From: Bigelowiella natans CCMP2755 | Taxonomy: Eukaryota > Protista > Cercozoa | NCBI GenBank assembly: GCA_000320545.1 | Contig: ADNK01001071.1 | Location: 56,541 to 120,540 of the forward strand | Length of the DNA stretch: 64,000 nt | Reading direction: 5' to 3' | Shown: piece by piece, positions 38,145-48,753 of the stretch | Layout: every line of letters begins with the position of its first letter | How positions within the stretch are numbered: position 1 is the stretch's first letter | Position numbers and translations under genes: made by a program | The notes under the pieces: model-generated | Told to the model about the DNA's origin: nothing | The model's input: the letters and a program-made list of their open reading frames with translations, nothing else | Databases searched by the model: none

Positions 38145-38621
38145 AACGATATTATTCGTGCTATTCATTATAATGGTTTTGAACGAGCAGTATGTACCAC
38201 AAAAGCATAGTAAGGTGTATTGAGTCATTCAAACCACACGCGTCCTATTCACAATTGTAGCTGCTCAAGCCAACAAACAAATCCCTTTGATGATACAAAC
38301 CTGATCTAGGAATGACAGTGTTGTCAGCTGTCGCATATCTTCGTTCGATAGCCCGCTGGATCTTTGATGGTCACAACATTCACCGAAACACTATCATCAG
38401 CATCAGTGAGTCAAGTCATTGGACCGAGAAAGAGGAGAGAAGTGGGGAGAGGGAGATGGGGATGGCAATTGGGTGGAATGACTTTGCAAGAATTTGGAGG
38501 AGTTCCTTCCAATCAGGAAGGCCGCCAGAGGAACTGCGCATTTGAGGAGGAGGGGGGAGAGGGGGGGAAACAAGGAGGGGGAGGAGGAGAAATGAATCAC
38601 CAAAAGCAGATGGAGGGGAAA

Positions 38622-38668
<47 letters not shown>

Positions 38669-38962
38669 CCGGGAGGGGGGTCTAACTGCATGCCCCGTAC
38701 TTCGGTAAAGTGATAATACAGTATCGAAGGAGTGGCAGTGGTGAAGGGGAGGGGGAGGTGGAGGAAGGTGGTCCTCCTACGAGTGAATATGACGACATCA
38801 CCACCTGCATCCGGCCCCAATGAAGAATACGATCTCCCCCGCAATCGCCATCTCCGCCAGCTTCCTTGACGCCTTCACTAGACGAGGAGGTAGCGGACTC
38901 CACTAACGACAACGACAACAACAACGACAACAACAACGACAACAACACCGCAGCTATATATA

Positions 38963-39029
<67 letters not shown>

Positions 39030-39605
39030 GACAACAACGACGAATTCGATGTTCTGTCAGCTTTACGTCTTCAAGCATGGAAAAGGCGTGGTAGTAGTAA
39101 TAATCATCATGTTACCTCGCTATTGAACCTGCGGCTTTCTATCTGTAGCCTCGTTGCTTGAGCCGCTGTAGCACGGAGAGAGCGGTGGCAATGGCGAAGA
39201 CAGCGCGATGAGCAATAGCGGCGCGAAGAGTTTCACACGACGACGACGGCGACGAAACGCGTTTTTCACATCTAGCAGCGACGGTGTATGATGAGTACTA
39301 CCACTAAACATCTGGGGAGAACGAACCACAAGCACGATGTCCACGCCCGTTCTGGCTGCGAAGACGTACCTGCGGTGGTGATCGAAAGAGCAATTATGGA
39401 CATCGAGAATGAAAGGAGCAACAAGGTTCATAGCAACTCCGCCCATTATGCTACATTTATGTTACATTGTCGCTCCCCTTCTTATCTTGTCGTCGTGGGA
39501 GGAGACGAATAAGGGGAAAGGGCTACGACTACGAGCTTACAATCGTTTGAGCAAGGCGGAGAGCAGCTGCCCAGAGTTGTCCCGCGCATTACCTTCACCT
39601 AGGGA

Positions 39606-39650
<45 letters not shown>

Positions 39651-40292
39651 ATGGAGTTATCCCCTTATATTTTGGTAGAAGATGATGAGTCAGGTTGCTA
39701 CCTGTCCCAATAACTGGTAGAGCAAGTAAGTGCCTCGAGCGATCATTTTTTGGAGGGATTCCACGTCCTTGCCCCTCCCCTTCTTCGCCAGAACTCCCAC
39801 CGCTGGTAAGGTCCTGCACTGCAACCTAGAGGAAGCAAACTATTGATAAGAGCAGCTAAAGGAATGTAACAATAACAACAACAACAACAACGACGACGAC
39901 GACGACGACGACGAAGACTACGACGACGACGACACAGCAAGAATAGTATACACGACAAAGAAGCGGCAAAATAATGAAATAGCCTTATTACGTGAAGATA
40001 CTGCCAGGCGCAATTGAGGTACCAGCTAACAGGCCGGAAGTTATCTCCCTAGGATGGAAATACCGACGTGATGAGATACAAAGGACCAAATACAAAGCAA
40101 CAAAAAGAAGAAGGGGGACATGATGAAAAGAGAGAAATTGAGAATTGACTGCTCCTAAATGGAGGAGCCGTGAAGTTACTACCTTCGCAACGTAGCCAAG
40201 CCACAGCCTTGGATGATTCTCAGTAGGACCAATTCCATGCACGCGATGCACTCTGCATAGTGAGCAGCGACATCACAGGGTATCTAGCACAT

Positions 40293-40340
<48 letters not shown>

Positions 40341-40553
40341 TGTGTGTGTGTGTGTGTGTGTGTGACTACCTCCTCTCTTCTGTGAAAGCTGACTCTGGAA
40401 TCTCCACCGCGCCTTGTGGTGGTCCCTTTATGCATTTGTAAGGGATGTAAAACAGACAACAACAACAACAACAACAACAACAACTTATGAATACTCCTGG
40501 GCTCTCTCTAATGGCTGCTGCTTGGAGCGACCTACTACTACGATCACCCTAAC

Positions 40554-40590
<37 letters not shown>

Positions 40591-41228
40591 GTATATTTTT
40601 ATGTACGTACATCTGGGAACCAGTCGGTATTTGTAAACTTTCGGGTAGGGTACAACACTGCATCCGCTGCGACTGTACGGAGGTCTCCCTGCACAACAAA
40701 GACATGCCCTGGGGATGACACCCCATGTTTCTTTCCGAGGTCAGATGTGCTCTGGTGCTCATGGATACGACGGCTGACGCCTTGTTGTTTTCTGCTTCCT
40801 CCAGCTGCTGAGGCAGTTGACTCAACTGGATCATCCTTGAAACACTGAACACTCGAACATCGTCGCTTTTGTCGTTCCACAGTGCTTGGAAGATTCTGGC
40901 CTCTGAGTTTATAAAGAAGCGTGAGATGCGAGTTATTGATAGCCTTTACAGTTACCGTTCGCGGTAAGATCTTCTCAGAGGTGTGCGCAAGGCTCGATTT
41001 GCCAGAGTATGAGCCCATTTATTCGCCAACCGCGAAGAAGAAATTCGATTACTTCGAGCAACATATTCTGTGATGGAATTTAGAAAGTTTAGTGTAAACA
41101 GTTGAGTCAAAAGACAAACGCTACAAACCTGGATGGCGACTGGGGTATACCAGGGAGAACGGGACATTATTGAGATAGATTAGGAAGGCGAGGCTCAGGA
41201 ACACGCACCAACGTCGTCGAGCCAGCAT
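34815..41228 (-). CDS. Macro-domain + SIR2-like (SIR2_2 family) NAD-hydrolase fusion protein with N-terminal signal/transit-like leader; ~20+ exons
   Basis: Spliced motifs in order: MLARRRWCVFLSLAFLIYL (ATG 41228); GHVFVVQGDLRTVAADAVLYP (40611-40902); RHLLALPVIGTG|EG (39702-39825); VDIVLVVRSPQMFSAA; EIVFFIGAGCS|SSGGLPDWKELL (38805-38902, ~38485-38535); LSFLDQ|AKVIEQ; HSMMHS|LLSNIPVDAIVTTNYDTMFEDA (37361-37442); WILKLHGDVNHPE (37131-37217); DIVLTREQVDRY; IVQALLITKHMLFVGFSLQ|DENF; RFGTVLSL; AARLLEIFLD; ...EMIERLGG...SMDK-TAG at 34815. A few small internal exons are uncertain. Confidence 0.88.
35567..35636. repeat. Compound intronic microsatellite (TA)n(TG)n
   Basis: Direct reading. It is representative of many similar tracts, e.g. 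22700-22754, 38967-39028 and 40297-40363. Confidence 0.95.
37505..37575. repeat. Compound intronic microsatellite (AC)n(AG)n
   Basis: Direct reading; lies within an intron of the Macro-SIR2 gene. Confidence 0.95.
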
Positions 41229-42066
41229 TATCAGGGTAGGAGCGCCACAGGCGCTCTAACGGCAGGGAGCGGGAGGCTTCTGGAACGGGCCATGAGAGCA
41301 CTGTTTTGACGAACGAGCAGCTGTTGCAGAGAACGTGGCCTGTCGTTCATCCGGTTCAACCTGTAATTTATTTGTGCGACAAAACACCTACAGAAATATA
41401 CATATTAATCGCGTTTGACTTCTGCGACATGACTAAACCGGAAGAGTTCATCTCTTTTTCGGGCAGAAATGAGATTACGATTTCACCTAGATCTGCATCG
41501 AGTTCTGTGCTGCACAGCGTGCGCGAGAGCCAACCGAAATTTCGCATAAATTTACATGCCCAAAAACACTACGGCTGATTCTTTCGGTTGTCGTTGTTCC
41601 AAAACGTCTCAATTTGCAAGCTCCTCCTTTGCCATTTTTCTAAAAAAAGTGTCCCGGTGGTGGTTGCTTCCACGGCAAAAAATAGCCTAGTTTCGCGGCT
41701 ACTAAAAAGAAGAATAACAACTGCATCAACTAAACCTGCTGATTACGGTATTGACGTATGGCTCCAGTTTTTTTCGTCGAATTGGAGGTTCTTTCTGTTT
41801 GTCGCAAAGTCAAAAACCCCTGTTTTTTGGAAATAAATTCGATGAAATGTATAAAATCTGCCATCCATTCACACATTACTCCCACCCGATTTGAGGAACA
41901 AGTGCTCCATTGGAGACTCGTCGAGAAACAATCCTCGTCCCCCCTCACACCCCCCTCGCTCTTTCTCAAGCAAGACATACCAGTTGGAGAATAAAGCATG
42001 ATATCATTGGTAAAAAAAGCCACGGCTCTATTATGTAGGCTTGCTATATTTTAAAACAACACGAAT

Positions 42067-43131
42067 ATGGATATCTGCATGTATTCCGCAATGGTGATGC
42101 GTGTACGATAACGTTCAATCGTATAATACAGGATATCGGGGTAACAAAATCTACAGATGAACCAATGCCTTTTTCTTTCGAAGGAAAGCTCGTGCTAGAT
42201 GATACAGAAGCAGATAGGCTGCCCATTCCACAAATAAACAATGACAACGATGATAGAGAGTCAAATCGCCTCTCCGTTCCAGATGATGGCAGCGCAATGA
42301 TGGACGATTCTCCAGCAACGAAGGATGATGACAATTCAAACCGTGGATCTAGTGTTTCCAAAGGAAGGTACCTGAATATTCGGCGTCGTACATAACAAAA
42401 AGTTTACCCCCCACCCCTTTTGCCTTTTCCCTTTCTCCAGAGGATGGTCTTGTGTATCTACGGACCATAGCCTCCCTGCTGGATCAGCATTAGCCGAAGA
42501 TAATGCTTCAATTCCAGAGCATTTGAAAGTTGGTGGCAAGCAAAGAGACTCGCTCATGTCATTCCAGACACACATGTCTGAAAGTAGACGCGACAGACTC
42601 GATAGTGGGACAAACGATAAGGTCTAATTATTCGAGAAACCAACAAATATCCCGAACTCCACAGCATTCACTTCATGACCGCTTCCTGAACGCTCTTTAT
42701 CTCATTATATCGGCGACTGTGTGTGTATGTGCAGAAGGTGACACCGGAAATCATGGCTCAAATGAAAAAATTAGAAGCCTTGCAGAGACCATTCGGAAGG
42801 GATAGCAACGACATGGTTACTCGGCATATTTGTAATGACAATCTTATAAATCTTGCTCACACACTCAATTTAACACATCAGCGAATGTCGATGGAGAGCA
42901 ATGGCTCGTCCAATGATAACCGACCTCGTGGAGATTCGGCCTTATTTGACGAAAAACAATTAGAGTAACGCACAGGATTTGGTCGATTGCTGGAAATTTC
43001 CACGTTCATCGTTGCTTTTTTTTCGTAGGTTTGTGAAGCAAGCAAGAACAGCTCAACAGCTGACAAAGTCTGGCACTAAAACCGGACAGACCCCTCCAAA
43101 TCAAAACAACGAAGAATGTGTCCTTCAGTAG
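42067..43131 (+). CDS. Hypothetical low-complexity protein ending in a CaaX prenylation motif (CVLQ)
   Basis: Phase-consistent exons at ~42067-42093, 42132-42367, 42441-42621, 42734-42814, 42882-42964 and 43029-43131. The last exon reads FVKQARTAQQLTKSGTKTGQTPPNQNNEECVLQ-TAG. The start codon is uncertain. Confidence 0.65.
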
Positions 43132-43489
43132 AATGACTCTGGCATGCACTAGCATTCTCCACTTCCTCTCTCTCTTTGGATAATTACTGGAGAGAATGAA
43201 TGCCATGAAGAAATTGGATGTTGCAGTATTTTTCAGATATGTGTTTGCAGCACTGAGACGACGCCCACAGGTTGGAGCGATAAATCGAGTGATGAATATT
43301 AATCATTAATGCGTACATACAGAGAGTAGCGGTCTATATATTTGTACTATTCGTCGTGTAATGAGTCAAAAAAGCGCCAATGATGGTGCTCTTGTGAATA
43401 TTAGCTAAGCTTGAAGAGCAGCATTTTTTAAATTGACATTCCTTTGCAAGTAAATACGATCTTAGACTAATGAACCATTGTTTCGGTTC

Positions 43490-44170
43490 ATCAACATAAA
43501 ATAAAATACTTTACTTGCAGCTGCGGCTCTGCAATGCAGCGTATTATTGCGATAAGGGCTGTATATTGTTGTGTGTAGCGCTTGTCCGCTACGTACGCTA
43601 CACGGTAGTTCATGTGCGGGACGCATGTGCTATGTGTACATATACATCTCGAGGGCAGGCAGGCAAGTGCAATATGACTATCTAGCTGTAGTCCTGTCAT
43701 AGCAAGTATGAGTATGATGGCGACACTGATGCGCTGCGCCCAGTAGACAGATGCTGTGATCAACAACACACGTACACATATGTACTAACAATGTAGCCTA
43801 GCCTCAAACACTACGATGCGTACATGGATAGACACACTGACATGCACACCAGCACAGATAAATGTGAACATAATGTTTGCACACATAGCAGTTATTACCA
43901 TATGTTTTTGCTACAAGCACATATGCTTTGTTGTTGGCTAGCTATCTAGCTATATGTGCACACACATATTTAGATGCATATGCATACCAGATTTGTTGCA
44001 AAAAGATTTTGCTTCGCTTTGCATTGGCAGTCGTAGCTGCACAAGTCATTGTATGCCATGTCGAAATTCGGGTAGTTCGTCGTGTATGTTGGAGCTAGCT
44101 TATAAAGTTGTACACAATCCTCGCTTCTTGGATAGCTAGATAGGATATGAAGAGTCATAGCTCCATTTAG
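43490..44170. repeat. Degenerate repeat/transposon relic with CpG-decay signature
   Basis: Non-coding, with a visible excess of CTAG, CATG, TGCA and AGCT 4-mers (e.g. ggctagctatctagctatatgtgcaca). Confidence 0.5.
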
Positions 44171-44195
44171 CCAGGCCGCATTCTACAACTCAGGC

Positions 44196-45191
44196 TTATT
44201 TCTTGGAGTAATCACGTGCTCCAAATATGGTTGAACCCACTCTCACCAGATTGCTCCCCCTTTTGATGGCCTCTTCAAAATCACCTGACATCCCCATCGA
44301 AAGCTTCAAATCTGAGGCATCTACCCCTAGCTTTGAGGCCACCATTTTCCGAGCTTCGACCAACTTATCAAAGCAGGACAAATCTCCTGGGGCGCCGATT
44401 GTCATCAATCCCACAAGTTTCAAGCGATCGAATGGTTCCTCACTACTTGCAACGAGCTCGGCCAATTTGACCAGCTCTTCACCCGTATCGACCCCATTCT
44501 TCGTCACCTCGCCACTGGTATCGACTTGTATGTAAATATCGATCGAGTCTCTGTTTAAGGTCTTACAGGCGTTTCCAATTTTTCTCGCAACTTTCTCGGA
44601 ATGGACGGTATGCACTGCCTTCAAGTTTGGAACGCCCTTCAGAATAGGGTTAATTTTGTTGCTCTGAAGTTTGCCGATGAAATGCCATTCAGTGTCGTCT
44701 GGCATCTGAGGAGCTTTCTCAATCAGCTCCTGAGCGTAATTCTCTCCGAACGCACGCTGGCCAGCATCGTATGCGTGGCGTAGAAGCTCAACGGGCTTCG
44801 TCTTACTGACTGCGATCAGCTCTGCACCGTGCCCTACCTCTTTGCAGACGGACTCCATCTTATTCCTTACGGATTTTAGTCCTGCTTTCACAAAGTCGGC
44901 AGATCCCTCAGCGTGTGCATTCGAAGCGAATAGGCGCCGCGGGATGATGGAGCTTTTAATTCTACTTGAAAGCCGTAGCATCGCTGGTCGCACAGTACGA
45001 AGGCACATCGGCAGTCTCATACGGACAGGCTTCGGATTGACTCTGTGGAAGAGAGTGGATAATGCGATGGTTGTTGCGAAAAGAGATACGAGGAGTAATA
45101 TACAGACAGATCGTACGGCTTTCGTGGTCTCCAAAAGGGAGAGGGTGTCTTTTACGGTAGTGCAGGGTTCACAGCTGGCTCCGTCACCCAT
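44196..45191 (-). CDS. PLPBP: Pyridoxal-phosphate homeostasis protein (YggS/PROSC family), intronless, with N-terminal targeting extension
   Basis: Family motifs LIAVSKTKP, FGENYAQEL, WHFIGKLQSNK, GLMTIG and LSMGMSGDFEEAIKRGSNLVRVGSTIFGAR in one uninterrupted 331-aa ORF. Confidence 0.96.
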   Translation of the reverse strand: MGDGASCEPCTTVKDTLSLLETTKAVRSVCILLLVSLFATTIALSTLFHRVNPKPVRMRLPMCLRTVRPAMLRLSSRIKSSIIPRRLFASNAHAEGSADFVKAGLKSVRNKMESVCKEVGHGAELIAVSKTKPVELLRHAYDAGQRAFGENYAQELIEKAPQMPDDTEWHFIGKLQSNKINPILKGVPNLKAVHTVHSEKVARKIGNACKTLNRDSIDIYIQVDTSGEVTKNGVDTGEELVKLAELVASSEEPFDRLKLVGLMTIGAPGDLSCFDKLVEARKMVASKLGVDASDLKLSMGMSGDFEEAIKRGSNLVRVGSTIFGARDYSKK

Positions 45192-45601
45192 TACCCGTCA
45201 CCCAGAAATGCACCTTAGGCTCCCTTGGAAGAATTTATTCGGGCAAATATCTGATGAAATCAATTAAATATTTCGCAATTTTTGGTCTATAAAATAAGCG
45301 GAATACTTCCATCACAGGTCGTCTGCTCTTCCAAGCAAAACGAATCACCGGTAGTATCATGGAGGATGAGTGATGCCTCAAGTGTTTGATGCCCATCTCG
45401 CACGGTAGTCAAGTGCACGCCAATCCAACTCTGTGTGCTGCCAGCTCTCATTCAGAGTTTGCTTTATTCACGCGTCCCTAACATTTCCAAGATTTCCCTC
45501 TACATACGAAATTGCATGGAATGCAGGGTATTTTCTGATCATGAGAGCTTTCGTCTGTGTGTTGGACACCATTTCTCTCATTAATTGCCTCCAATACTTT
45601 T

Positions 45602-46213
45602 ATGGCGGGAGGAGATACGATGCAGACTTCAGAATCGACACTGCGCACGAGCGATGAGCAATCCCCTCAAGGTCGGACATCCTCTGTCCCTCCCTCTTCT
45701 GCGTCTACCACTGAAATAGCCAAAAGTGAGGGACAGATCCGGTGTTCTCAACTCGAGCCTCCAATAGATCCTGAGGGCGATGTTAAGATCAAAACTCCTT
45801 CCACGACACCAGCTACCCGTAGCCGAAATCGGTCTAAGACGTTCACTCTATTAGCGAAGAAGGAGGAGTTACGTGGTAAACAGGAAGGATCCTTCGAGGT
45901 TTTCACAGCAGAGTATGATGCAATATCTCTTTTGGAATTCGTGACACGACTAAAGGATAATCTAGACATCCAGGATCGAAAAGGGATCCTGAAGAAGCAT
46001 AAGGAATGTTTCATCGGGAAGGAAGCTGTTGCTTGGCTGGTGAAATCAAACTTATCGAGGGATCGAGAGCACGCTGTGAAGATGGTACAGCGATTATCCA
46101 ACATAGGCGTAATCGCAAATACAAGCAACAAGCGAAGACAGTTTTGCGACGACAATAGTTACTACCGTTTCAATGATGTTGCTGTTGAAGCGCTTGCCCT
46201 CAGCTCAGTTTAA
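45602..46213 (+). CDS. DEP-domain protein, intronless
   Basis: The C-terminal IQDRKGILKKHKECFIGKEAVAWLV...DREHAVKMVQRLSNIGVI...FCDDNSYYRF matches the DEP consensus. The first ATG is at 45602 (the ORF track begins upstream at a non-ATG codon). Confidence 0.88.
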   Translation: MAGGDTMQTSESTLRTSDEQSPQGRTSSVPPSSASTTEIAKSEGQIRCSQLEPPIDPEGDVKIKTPSTTPATRSRNRSKTFTLLAKKEELRGKQEGSFEVFTAEYDAISLLEFVTRLKDNLDIQDRKGILKKHKECFIGKEAVAWLVKSNLSRDREHAVKMVQRLSNIGVIANTSNKRRQFCDDNSYYRFNDVAVEALALSSV

Positions 46214-46719
46214 AAAAAGTATGTAAGAAGAAAATAGTTCTCTGTATCTGGCAATATTACTTCTTCTAATAATAGATACTGAATAATGAAATGTAAGAAG
46301 TTCATTTGAAAGTGTTTATATGTCCAAGGAGCATTTCAGATTTAGATAATTGCAAGCATTCTTTCTTTCGTTCTATCAATTTAATTAAAACAATTCAGAT
46401 AATTCATTTGAATTCAGGGGGATCTGTGATCTTTAAGCAACAGTTAAATTAAAAAATATTGATTCTCTGATGATTCCTGATAAAAGCACGTGGTTGTTTC
46501 TCACAGTGTATTCTATGCATTTTTTAGTTCGTAAGTCATGTTTTTAATATTCTGTATTTATATGTATTCACTCCTTTTGTACATTTCCGCTAGACATAAA
46601 TTTCGGAAGTGCATCCAACGATTTCTAATCATTGTATACATGCAACAGAGTAAGATACTTTATACATGAAATTTGCTTGAATACCAGTTCATTATAAAAT
46701 TATTTCATTATTCACATCG

Positions 46720-47560
46720 AAAGCTAGTATATGGCTAGGAACATGTCTGAGTAGTGGCGAGCTAGATAATAAAGGCAGTGGTGCCCCATGCATGTCTAGA
46801 TATGTGTAGCTGTGCGCGCACGGACTGTTACAGTCGGAATTTTCATTGTGTATTCCATGATATGGCACAAGCTACCTGGATATATACCTTATTTAAGTAT
46901 GGCATTCATGTCTATGTCTAGATGTCATGCGCGCACAGCGTAGTCTAGTAGTGCGTGTGCATCGTAGCAGAAACAAACAGTAATTAAGTAGAATTTCTAA
47001 TTTAAGCGCAGTAGCCGCGGCTTCCTAGCTTTGCACAGCTATATTAGGATGACAATTGATCATATTTAACTTACTCAATACATCCGTCTCATACATGACA
47101 TGCTGCGCAAACGGCTTTCCTGCACACTACACTATATAAATCATGCTTCATAGCTAGATAGCTTCATCTTGTACATTTCATACTACATGCACTACTAGAC
47201 TGGTGCATGTAGTAGCTGATGGAACAACCACTCGATTCGGGCAATTTATGTGCTAGTGTGGTATAGGGCATGCAACATCTAGAGTACAATCTGCATACAG
47301 AATGTGTGTACTGCGACTGCAGCGATAGCTAGACAGCGCGTCGAGTATCATTGTACAAGCTAGTAAGAGGCTAGCTAGCTGTGGCTGCGTGGTCACGCAT
47401 GATGCATGCAAAACAATCCCATGTCTTAATGTTTCTACAATTAAGGTGATGTATTTTGGTACTATTTCTTAATACTAATGACTGTTGGACTTGTAATAAG
47501 CGCTAGCTCTAGTAGCTAGATCATAAAGCGCTGTAACATGTAACGAATCATTGTATCTCA
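46720..47560. repeat. Degenerate repeat/transposon relic with CpG-decay signature
   Basis: No ORF; dense CTAG/CATG/TGCA (e.g. catgcatgtctagatatgtgtagctg, ggctagctagctgtgg). Confidence 0.5.
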
Positions 47561-47679
47561 CGTAAACATCTGCTGGTCGATTATCCAAGACGTGTGAATT
47601 TATGGCGCATATAAAGTTACTTGAATCGATCAGTGATTCTATTTCCTTAAGCATCGCTGCTCGAGTACTCTCGGGCTAC

Positions 47680-48514
47680 TTATTTACTTGAGAGAAGTTC
47701 AATATCAAACACGAGAACAGAGTTCGGCATGATACCCCACGCCTAAAAATCATGTATAATTTAGTCAGAATTGGATACTAGGGAAAAAATGCATATCTGA
47801 CCGGAAATCCACCACTCCCATAGGCATAGGAAGGTTGCGCTTTAATTTTGGCGCGCTCACCAATCTTCATCGTTGCGACCTGAAGGAGGACAAAAATTCT
47901 ACATACTCACAGGAAATCTACAGCTTCGCAGTCAGTCTTCTTACCCCAATATCCCAAGCCTTGATCACTGCTCCCTCACCAATGGTGAAGCTGAATAAGT
48001 TAAGAAGGGAAATATTTAGAGAAGTTTGCGAAGAATGAGTGACAGGCAAATTCTGGATCTGATGCTAGTCCACAGTGTAACCACGGACCTGAACGGCTTC
48101 TGACCAGGATCCTTCGTGCTCCAGAACTTCTTGTCTAGATCGCGATTCTTACCATACCCCGTGCAGTGGACAGTGACAATTTCTCCCTGATACGGAGTGG
48201 GGGAGGGGGGGATATGGCACTGTGAGATTCGAAATTTAGCGTATTGAAATACAAATGATATCTCTTCCACATTGGTCACCTTTTGTGGAGTGGGGCCCTT
48301 TCCCTCAACCAGAATCTCCTATGAGACACACACACACACGAATTACGCAAAATCGTTTAAAACGTCAGCACGAATCCCAAAATTGAAATTGCGGAGAAGA
48401 AGTCCCTTCTACATGCCCTTGTTCTCAACTTTTGACTGTGGCGCTCTTACTTCCCTCATAACCTCCTCGTTGCGGTCTACTCCTCACCTTGGACCATTGC
48501 TCTGCGTTTGACAT
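47680..48514 (-). CDS. FKBP12: FKBP-type peptidyl-prolyl isomerase FKBP12 (plant/green-algal type), 6 exons
   Basis: Spliced product: MSNAEQWSK|EILVEGKGPTPQK|GEIVTVHCTGYGKNRDLDKKFWSTKDPGQKPFS|FTIGEGAVIKAWDIG|VATMKIGERAKIKAQPSYAYGSGGFP|AWGIMPNSVLVFDIELLSSK-TAA. Confidence 0.95.
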
Positions 48515-48753
48515 GGTGTTGTTTTACAGTGAACAGTTATGCTCGTTGGGTTGTCGCAAACAGAACATATTTTAATACTAAAAACATCTATATTTAGGAT
48601 TATCTTTATGGTCATGGAACCATGTTTCTGTGTGGACAAATCGATATGTTGTACTTGAAGAATCAGAGATTTATAGATATTTACAGTATATATTATTTTC
48701 CAACTGACTGTCCAAGTGCTCCTACAATTAACTGATCGCGGAACAGAGCAGCA

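Noticed and set aside
34815-48514. A functional gene cluster linking Macro-SIR2 with EngB, PLPBP, DEP and FKBP12
   Set aside because: The neighbours are unrelated housekeeping genes. No TIR, Argonaute, HerA or other known SIR2 partner gene is visible in the window.
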